Source: an uncultured Gammaproteobacteria bacterium (GTDB taxonomy: Bacteria; Pseudomonadota; Gammaproteobacteria; Poriferisulfidales; GCA-002705445). From it: a stretch of 64,000 bases of DNA. Positions 57,800-64,000 of the stretch are shown in pieces. Each line of letters starts with the position of its first letter. Positions within the stretch are counted from its first letter, which is position 1. The notes under the pieces were generated by a model, which saw only the letters and a list, made by a program, of their open reading frames with translations, was not told the DNA's origin and did not search any database. The position numbers and the translations under genes were made by a program. Where the stretch lies: the NCBI GenBank assembly GCA_913050095.1, contig CAJXAV010000003.1, positions 577 through 64,576 of the forward strand, in the 5' to 3' direction.

Positions 57800-59449
57800 A
57801 TGTTATCAAATATTTATATCAAAAATTTTGCAATTATTGATGAAATAGAAATAGACTTTCATGAAAATATGTCCGTGTTAACTGGTGAGACAGGCGCTGG
57901 AAAATCAATACTAATCGATGCAATAAATTTGGTGCTTGGTAACAAAAAAGTTAGCAAGGTATCAAGAAACACAAATTTTGATACCGAAATAATATGTAGC
58001 TTCAATATATTAAATAAAGATGTTTTGAGAATTCTTGAAGAAAAAGATTTGATAGATGATAGTAATTGTATTTTTAGGAGAAAAATCAATAACAAGAATA
58101 TTTCAAAAATTTATATAAATGACAAGCCAGTGACCTCGGGTACTGCAAAGTTAATAGGGAACTTATTAATTGACATACATGGTCAGCATGAAAATCAGCT
58201 AATATTATCATCTGATGAACAAAGAAACAGACTTGATAACTATATAAATATAAGTAAAAAAAAGATAAGCATTAAAAATTTACTTCAAGATACAAATAAT
58301 ATAAAAAAATCACTTTCTGAAACAGCATTAACTTCTGAAGAGTTTAAAGAAAAAGTATCGTTATTAGAATACGAGATAAAAGAACTTGAAAATGAAGCAT
58401 TAGAACCTGAAGACTATGAAAAAATATACCAGGATTACACAAAACTTAGTAATTCTGAACTCTTAATTAAAAAAATTAACGAATGTAAAAATTTAATTGA
58501 AAATGAAAATAATTTAAACATTAGTTCGATGCTTTCAGATGTTAATAAAAATCTTGAGGATATAAAAAATATAGATAGCAATATAAATGATATTCATAGC
58601 ACAAATATTAGTATTCAAGAAGAAGTTAGAGATTTATCTAGGATGCTCGAAAAGTATGAACATTCAATAAATATTGATAAGGAAAAACTTTCTCTTCTTA
58701 ACGAAAGAATAATTTCCCTTAATAATCTCTCAAGAAAATATAATGTAAATGAAAAAGATTTAATTAAGATTCTTTATGATAAACAAGATATATTAAATAA
58801 TTTAATAAAAAATAAAGATAATATTGATAGTAAAAATAAAAAAATTAAAGAAAATATTTTAAATTACCATAGTATTGCTAAAGAAATATCAGAAATAAGA
58901 TTGAACAAATCTATTATATTAGAAAAAAAGATTAGCGACGAGTTAAAAAAACTTGGTATGTCTGATTGCCAATTCAAAATTGATATTACCACAGATAAGA
59001 CTTTGATTAGTAAGAACGGATATGACAAAGTTGTCTTTTTGATAAAAACAAATAAGAAATCAAAATTACTTCCGTTATCTGATATAGCTTCAGGTGGTGA
59101 GTTGTCTAGACTAAGCCTAGTTATCCAGTTGGAAACAAGAACGAATAATGATTGCGAGACTATGATTTTTGATGAAATTGATACTGGTATTGGAGGAGCA
59201 ACTTCTGAAGTGCTTGGAACTCACCTTTCAAAATTAGCAGAAAATACTCAAGTTTTATGCGTAACACATCTAGCACAAGTTGCTGCAAAATCAAAACATC
59301 ACTACCTTGTGTCTAAAGATAAGAATGCTTCATCTACAATGCTTACTTACTTAGATAATGATATGAGGGTTAATGAACTTGCTAGAATGATCGGTGGAAT
59401 TAAATTAACAGATAAAACACTACAGTTTGCAAAAGAGCTTATTGATTAA
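57800..59449 (+). CDS. recN: DNA repair protein RecN
   Basis: 549 aa SMC-like protein with N-terminal Walker A GETGAGKS, a coiled coil and C-terminal signature/Walker B motifs. It lies 9 nt downstream of nadK. Confidence 0.9.
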   Translation: MLSNIYIKNFAIIDEIEIDFHENMSVLTGETGAGKSILIDAINLVLGNKKVSKVSRNTNFDTEIICSFNILNKDVLRILEEKDLIDDSNCIFRRKINNKNISKIYINDKPVTSGTAKLIGNLLIDIHGQHENQLILSSDEQRNRLDNYINISKKKISIKNLLQDTNNIKKSLSETALTSEEFKEKVSLLEYEIKELENEALEPEDYEKIYQDYTKLSNSELLIKKINECKNLIENENNLNISSMLSDVNKNLEDIKNIDSNINDIHSTNISIQEEVRDLSRMLEKYEHSINIDKEKLSLLNERIISLNNLSRKYNVNEKDLIKILYDKQDILNNLIKNKDNIDSKNKKIKENILNYHSIAKEISEIRLNKSIILEKKISDELKKLGMSDCQFKIDITTDKTLISKNGYDKVVFLIKTNKKSKLLPLSDIASGGELSRLSLVIQLETRTNNDCETMIFDEIDTGIGGATSEVLGTHLSKLAENTQVLCVTHLAQVAAKSKHHYLVSKDKNASSTMLTYLDNDMRVNELARMIGGIKLTDKTLQFAKELID

Positions 59450-59472
59450 ATATGATTTTCTTTAAAACCTTA

Positions 59473-59586
59473 CTATTTTTTATCTTTTTTTTCTAAGCGC
59501 TTAAATTCTATAACAGTCATTATTGCTCCAGCTATAGCAAGAGCAAAACAAAAGCAGCCAGTGAAAAAAATTAGTGAGTCATCCAT
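59473..59586 (-). CDS. Tiny single-TM ORF (37 aa), hypothetical
   Basis: Hand-translated as MDDSLIFFTGCFCFALAIAGAIMTVIEFKRLEKKDKK. Below the 60 aa track cutoff. It lies 3 nt downstream of the neighbouring 58 aa ORF. Confidence 0.3.
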   Translation of the reverse strand: MDDSLIFFTGCFCFALAIAGAIMTVIEFKRLEKKDKK

Positions 59587-59588
59587 AA

Positions 59589-59765
59589 TTAATCCTTCTT
59601 AGCTATTATTTTAAAATAAATAGCAAAAGCTAAAATTGATGGGATCCATGTTGCAGTAAATAACGCCTCTTGTTTTGTATCGACACCTTGAAACCAAAGA
59701 AATGCTGTTGTTACAAAAGCGACTGCGACTGAAAGTAAAATACATATATCCGAAATTTTTAACAT
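59589..59765 (-). CDS. Small two-TM ORF (58 aa), hypothetical
   Basis: Hand-translated as MLKISDICILLSVAVAFVTTAFLWFQGVDTKQEALFTATWIPSILAFAIYFKIIAKKD. Below the track cutoff. It lies in tandem between the 62 aa and 37 aa ORFs. Confidence 0.35.
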   Translation of the reverse strand: MLKISDICILLSVAVAFVTTAFLWFQGVDTKQEALFTATWIPSILAFAIYFKIIAKKD

Positions 59766-59787
59766 AATAAAATCCTATTCAAAAAAA

Positions 59788-59976
59788 TTAATCTTCATTC
59801 CAAAAAGCCCAAGAACCTATAAGCAAGAAAATTACTGCTAAAGATGCGTGTGCCCTTATACTTGTTTCTTGTGGCAATTCTATCAAAAATGGGACAACAT
59901 TAACCATACCAAGAATAAGCCATATTAACGCCAAAAAACCTAAAATAAGAGCTGATTTTCCAATTTTTCTTTTCAT
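59788..59976 (-). CDS. Small two-TM membrane protein (62 aa), hypothetical
   Basis: MKRKIGKSALILGFLALIWLILGMVNVVPFLIELPQETSIRAHASLAVIFLLIGSWAFWNED. First of three tandem small hydrophobic ORFs between recN and fur. Confidence 0.4.
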   Translation of the reverse strand: MKRKIGKSALILGFLALIWLILGMVNVVPFLIELPQETSIRAHASLAVIFLLIGSWAFWNED

Positions 59977-60017
59977 AAAATTATTATTTTATAATTTGCA
60001 TTTTAAAAAAATAATTT

Positions 60018-60434
60018 CTATTCTTCATCTAAGAACTCACCATACAGAATCATACTGTGATCCAGTATTTTAAAATTATGTTTTTTTGCTAACTCTTTTT
60101 GTCTATTTTCGATTATTTCGTCATAAAATTCTACAACTTTGCCAGTTTTCAGGGAAACCATATGATCATGATGATCACCGTGATTTAACTCGAAAACAGC
60201 CTGGCTATTATTATCTGCATCAAAATGATGTCTAATAACAATTTTAGCAGCCTCAAATTGCGTCAGCACCCTATATACTGTTGCCAAGCTTATGACTTCT
60301 CCGTCTTTAATAAGATCTTTATATATGTCTTCTGCTGACATATGGTGATTTTTAGCGTTTTCTAGCTTACTTAATATTTTTACTCTAGGTAACGTTATTT
60401 TTAAACCAGCATTTTTTAATTCTATATTACTCAT
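60018..60434 (-). CDS. fur: Ferric uptake regulator
   Basis: The 138 aa product from the ATG at 60434 (MSNIELKNAGLKITLPRVKIL...HHDH) aligns end-to-end with E. coli Fur. The track ORF (to 60557) is an upstream over-extension that would overlap the bamE start. Confidence 0.9.
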   Translation of the reverse strand: MSNIELKNAGLKITLPRVKILSKLENAKNHHMSAEDIYKDLIKDGEVISLATVYRVLTQFEAAKIVIRHHFDADNNSQAVFELNHGDHHDHMVSLKTGKVVEFYDEIIENRQKELAKKHNFKILDHSMILYGEFLDEE

Positions 60435-60480
60435 ATTTACTATATTATCTTTATTTAACTTAACAATATACATAAAAATA

Positions 60481-61488
60481 ATGAAATTTAAAATATTAAT
60501 AGTAACTACAATATTTTTTTTAAATCTTTCAGGTTGCCAATTATTGCCAGAAGACAAGCAATTAAAGAGTTTTAGAGTATTAATTCAACAAGGAAACGTG
60601 ATAGACGAAAGCAAAGTAAACTTGTTAAAAATAAATATGTCTAAAGAGCAAGTTATATTTCTTCTAGGAGAGCCAGTAGTTAACAATATATTTAATAAAA
60701 ATAGATGGGATTATGTTTACTACAGAAAAAGAGATCCTGAAGAGACGCAGCTAAACATGATAAGCATATTTTTTAAAGAAGATAATGTTATAAGCATGAA
60801 AAGAATTGCAAAAAATGATGATGGATTATTTGATGTAACGGAAAAGATAAATCTTTCAGATCCAGAATTTCTAAATGACGAACAAACTACTATTGTTAAA
60901 AAAGAAATATTTGAAGATATAGAACTTAAGGGAACTAAAATAAATGAAGAGGAAAAAGAAAATTTACCAAAAATTTCAGAATCTAAAGAAGATACAAATT
61001 CAGAAAAAACTGAAAATTTATATAATGATAAAAAGTTAAAAAAAGAATTAGATCTAACAACAGACAAAGAAAAGTTATCTGAGAACGAACAGAAAATAAA
61101 AGCTCCAGTTGAAGATAATAAAAGAAAAAATGATAATGAAATTGTACAAGAAATAATTATCAACTGGGCAAATTCCTGGGCGAAAAAAGATCTAGATGGA
61201 TACTTCTCATATTATTCAGAAGATTTTAAATCAAGCTACTTTGATGATTTCGATCTATGGAAAGCAGATAGAGAGAAAAGAATAAAAAATAAAGAAAATA
61301 TAAATATTAATATAACAAAAATTTCAATAAATTTTGAAATAGATACCTTAGAAAAAGCCATTGCAATTTTTGAGCAAAATTATGACTCTGAAGGTTACGC
61401 TGATACTGTTACTAAGAAATTAATTTTTTTAAAAAATAAAAATAAATGGCAAATAATTTCTGAAGAACTAGTAAAAGGTAGATATTAA
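60481..61488 (+). CDS. bamE: Outer-membrane lipoprotein BamE (SmpA/OmlA) with a long Lys/Glu-rich linker and a C-terminal ~120 aa extra domain
   Basis: Lipoprotein signal with lipobox LSGC. The BamE/SmpA-OmlA domain (SKEQVIFLLGEPVVNNIFNKNRWDYVY) is followed by a charged linker and a C-terminal domain (WANSWAKKDLDGYFSYYSEDF...W). The fur-bamE divergent pairing is as in Pseudomonas. Confidence 0.7.
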   Translation: MKFKILIVTTIFFLNLSGCQLLPEDKQLKSFRVLIQQGNVIDESKVNLLKINMSKEQVIFLLGEPVVNNIFNKNRWDYVYYRKRDPEETQLNMISIFFKEDNVISMKRIAKNDDGLFDVTEKINLSDPEFLNDEQTTIVKKEIFEDIELKGTKINEEEKENLPKISESKEDTNSEKTENLYNDKKLKKELDLTTDKEKLSENEQKIKAPVEDNKRKNDNEIVQEIIINWANSWAKKDLDGYFSYYSEDFKSSYFDDFDLWKADREKRIKNKENININITKISINFEIDTLEKAIAIFEQNYDSEGYADTVTKKLIFLKNKNKWQIISEELVKGRY

Positions 61489-61766
61489 TTTTTTTTAAAA
61501 TTGTGCTTTCTTCTTTCGTTTGGACTCATAATTAATTCATCTAGTATTTCAATCCTATCGTTTTTACTAATTTCATAATCAAGATTAATTAATTTGCCAA
61601 AACATCCAAATGATTTATTTAAAAAAAACTTTTTAGAAAATACTGAGTGGCTAATTAAATCATTTATTAGATCCTGTAAATAGTATTTTTTTTTATATGG
61701 TATGTAATTTTTGATTACTTTATTATTTTTACTAATATAAATAATTTCAATATCACTATTTTCCAT
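61485..61766 (-). CDS. ratB: RnfH/RatB-family (UPF0125) ubiquitin-like small protein
   Basis: The C-terminal motif GKLINLDYEISKNDRIEILDEL...PNERRK matches the E. coli RatB pattern GIY.R...L...DGDRVEIYRPL..DP.E.RR. Conserved position between ratA and bamE. Confidence 0.6.
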   Translation of the reverse strand: MENSDIEIIYISKNNKVIKNYIPYKKKYYLQDLINDLISHSVFSKKFFLNKSFGCFGKLINLDYEISKNDRIEILDELIMSPNERRKHNFKKN

Positions 61767-61768
61767 AA

Positions 61769-62185
61769 CTATTTTTTTGACTCCTCTACAAAAGCTTGCA
61801 CAAGATAGTTTGTGATTTTTTCTAAGGATTTACCAATAGTATATTCTACAATTTTGCTTTCAGCTTCATAGTTTATAGTTAGAAATATGATGGTTTTATC
61901 AGATATTTTTTTAAACTCCCATTTACCGTCAAGATATTTAAATGGCCCATCTACTAATTTCATTTCTATATATTCATTTTCTTTTATTGTATTTTCTGTT
62001 GTAAAAGATGTGGATAGGCCTTTTAGATTAAAGTCTAACCTTGCTTTCATTTTATTGGTATCTTCTGACAAGATCACAGAATCTACACAAAATGGTACAA
62101 AATTTTTATACAAATCAACCTTGTTAACAATTTTAAATACCGTTTCAATATCTTTTAATATTATTGCTTCTTTTTTAATTTGCAT
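61769..62185 (-). CDS. ratA: RatA-family SRPBCC protein (ribosome association toxin RatA-like)
   Basis: 138 aa with STSFTTENTI...LVDGPFKYLDGKWEF...LVQAF, close to E. coli RatA (FTTRN...LVDGPFKKLIGGWKF...MVQAF). Confidence 0.8.
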   Translation of the reverse strand: MQIKKEAIILKDIETVFKIVNKVDLYKNFVPFCVDSVILSEDTNKMKARLDFNLKGLSTSFTTENTIKENEYIEMKLVDGPFKYLDGKWEFKKISDKTIIFLTINYEAESKIVEYTIGKSLEKITNYLVQAFVEESKK

Positions 62186-62194
62186 TAGCTTTTA

Positions 62195-63568
62195 TTAAAG
62201 AATAGTTAAATTGAATCCTAAGGCATTTAACATAACAAAGATTACGGCAAGAGGCGCAATTATTCTTGCTGACAAATACCAAATTCTTCTTAATATTGTT
62301 GACCTAATATTTAATTCAGAATCTATGCTCTCTTTAGATATTAACCAACTCACATAAATTGTTATCATTATGCCACCCATTGGCAGTAAAATATTTGAAG
62401 TTAGGTAATCAAGCATCTCAAAAATATTCATATTAAATATTTTTATTTCTTTTCCAATATTAAAAGAAACTATTGTTCCAATACCTAAGAGCCATGCTGT
62501 TCCTGAGCTAATAATTGCAGCCTGAATTCTTGAAATATTAAATTTTTCAATTAACCATATTACCATAGGCTCTATTAATGATATTGAAGATGTCCACGCT
62601 GCAAAAATTAATAAAATGAAAAATAAAGTACCAAATAATTGTCCGCCTGGCATTGCGCCAAATGCAACTGTTAATGTTTGAAATAATAAACCCGGACCTT
62701 GTGTCATTTCTAAACCAGCCGAAATTACTATTGGAAAAATTGCTAATCCTGCTAGTAATGCGACCAAAGTATCAAGAGAAGCTACAATTACACATGTTTG
62801 CGGAATAGATATATCACTTGATAAATAAGATCCGTATACCATCAAGGCTCCCATGCCTAAACTTAGACTAAAAAATGCTTGCCCCATTGCAATTAAGATA
62901 GTTTTCCATGTGACTTGACTGAAATCTGGGTATAACATAAATTTCATTCCATTCATGAAATCACCTTCAATTGCCGAAAAAATAACCAAAGCTAAAAGTA
63001 ATACAAGTAGTGCAGGCATTAGTCTTATAACTGCACTTTCTAATCCTGACTTAACGCCTTTTGAAACCACTATTGCAGTAATTATTGAGAAAATTGTATG
63101 CCATGCGAGCAACCTTTCAGGATCGGAAACGAAATCGTTAAACATTTTAGTTGCTCCCAGAGCATCAATATTATTAATAACTCCGAAAGCTGTTCTTGTG
63201 GCATACGCCATAGTCCACCCAGCTATGACACTATAATAAGATAATATTAATATTCCAGCTAAAATTCCTATTAAACCGATAATTTGCCAGTTCTTAGACC
63301 TGTTTTCTCTTTCAGATATATATCTAATTGAAGCAATAGGATTTAGCCTACCTCTCTTACCAAGGTAGACCTCAGAAAGCATAATTGGAATACCTATAAA
63401 TAGAACACACAAAATGTAAATCAAAACAAAAGCACCACCACCATTTTCACCAGTTATGTAAGGAAATTTCCATATATTACCTAAGCCAACTGCCGAACCA
63501 GTTGCCGCTAAAATAAAAGCGGTTCTAGATGACCATTCTCCATGTGAGGAAGTTCTATTTATTGCCAT
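62195..63568 (-). CDS. Neurotransmitter:sodium symporter (NSS/SNF) family transporter
   Basis: 457 aa. The N-terminal NSS signature AATGSAVGLGNIWKFPY. Confidence 0.85.
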   Translation of the reverse strand: MAINRTSSHGEWSSRTAFILAATGSAVGLGNIWKFPYITGENGGGAFVLIYILCVLFIGIPIMLSEVYLGKRGRLNPIASIRYISERENRSKNWQIIGLIGILAGILILSYYSVIAGWTMAYATRTAFGVINNIDALGATKMFNDFVSDPERLLAWHTIFSIITAIVVSKGVKSGLESAVIRLMPALLVLLLALVIFSAIEGDFMNGMKFMLYPDFSQVTWKTILIAMGQAFFSLSLGMGALMVYGSYLSSDISIPQTCVIVASLDTLVALLAGLAIFPIVISAGLEMTQGPGLLFQTLTVAFGAMPGGQLFGTLFFILLIFAAWTSSISLIEPMVIWLIEKFNISRIQAAIISSGTAWLLGIGTIVSFNIGKEIKIFNMNIFEMLDYLTSNILLPMGGIMITIYVSWLISKESIDSELNIRSTILRRIWYLSARIIAPLAVIFVMLNALGFNLTIL

Positions 63569-63606
63569 TAGTTAGTATTGTTTATTATGTTAATATTGTA
63601 AATATT

Positions 63607-64000
63607 ATGGGACAAAGAACTAAAAATACAGAAAATATTATTGCTGTCAACAAAAAAGCTTCTCACGACTATTTTATTCTAGAAAAAATAGAAGCTGGTT
63701 TAGTGCTTGAGGGATGGGAGGTTAAGGGTATTAGAGAGTTAAAAGTTCAATTAAAAGAAGCATATGTAAAGATAAATCGAGGCGATGTCTTACTTATTGG
63801 TTCAAATATTACCCCGCCCTCGTACATAAATAATAATACTGCGGTCAATTCAACTAGAACTAGAAAGTTGTTACTAAATCAGAAGGAAATCAATACTTTA
63901 ATTGGCAAAGTACAAAAAGAAGGTCTTACAATAGTGCCAATCTCGCTTTACTGGAAATTAAATAAAGTTAAGCTTCAGATCGGAATTGCCAAAGGTAAAA
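63607..64000 (+). CDS. smpB: SsrA-binding protein SmpB (partial; 3' end beyond window)
   Basis: MGQRTKNTENIIAVNKKASHDYFILEKIEAGLVLEGWEVKGIR... is the canonical SmpB N-terminus. Continues past position 64000. Confidence 0.9.
   Translation, partial: MGQRTKNTENIIAVNKKASHDYFILEKIEAGLVLEGWEVKGIRELKVQLKEAYVKINRGDVLLIGSNITPPSYINNNTAVNSTRTRKLLLNQKEINTLIGKVQKEGLTIVPISLYWKLNKVKLQIGIAKGK

Noticed and set aside
60435-60480. Possible Fur box in the fur-bamE divergent intergenic region
   Set aside because: Only a weak resemblance to GATAATGATAATCATTATC (an ATAATGA fragment). In such AT-rich sequence this is not convincing without a motif scan.
60018-60557. 179 aa Fur ORF in the track that would overlap the bamE start
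   Set aside because: The first 41 codons are a hydrophobic, low-complexity upstream extension. The Fur homology begins at the internal Met (ATG at 60434), giving a canonical 138 aa Fur, so the apparent fur/bamE overlap is an artefact.
60720-61163. 147 aa minus-strand ORF (Ser/Phe-rich) from the track
   Set aside because: It is antisense to the charged linker of bamE. Its low-complexity composition mirrors the Lys/Glu-rich sense strand, so it is spurious.

Overview
This 64 kb window is AT-rich, and amino-acid identities to E. coli and Pseudomonas proteins place it in a gammaproteobacterial chromosome. It is almost entirely conserved housekeeping genes. About 43 kb (13.5-56.8 kb) is one continuous minus-strand array: hrcA-grpE-dnaK-dnaJ-dapB-carA-carB-greA-rlmE-ftsH-glmM-tpiA-secG-tRNA-Leu(GAG)-nuoABCDEFGHIJKLMN-tRNA-fMet-typA-(tandem terminators)-rimP-nusA-infB-rbfA-truB-rpsO-pnp-msrB-ferredoxin-GST-ferredoxin reductase. 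The gene order matches the Pseudomonas pnp...smpB syntenic block (dnaK-dnaJ-dapB-carAB-greA, ftsJ-ftsH-glmM-tpiA-secG, recN-fur-bamE, ratA/ratB/smpB), with the 14-gene nuo operon, typA and the initiator tRNA inserted between secG-tRNA-Leu and rimP. The 5' end carries a partial Liv-type ABC transporter (two permeases, one ATPase) plus an AMP-binding-family (ANL) homolog, a truncated MltF-like transglycosylase next to tadA, an orphan Fae-family gene, a SAM methyltransferase, a DASS symporter, guaBA and divergent xseA. The 3' end carries nadK-recN, three tiny hydrophobic ORFs, fur, a long BamE, ratB/ratA, an NSS transporter and the start of smpB. Tight gene packing with many 4-17 nt overlaps, Asn/Lys-rich low-complexity insertions in conserved proteins, and the low GC suggest a streamlined marine-type gammaproteobacterium. 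SAR86 or a similar lineage is a low-confidence guess. I found no CRISPR array, no mobile element or prophage, and no clearly novel multi-gene system. The ORF track uses alternative start codons, and several starts were re-assigned from the sequence (fur, typA, rpsO, GST, ferredoxin).
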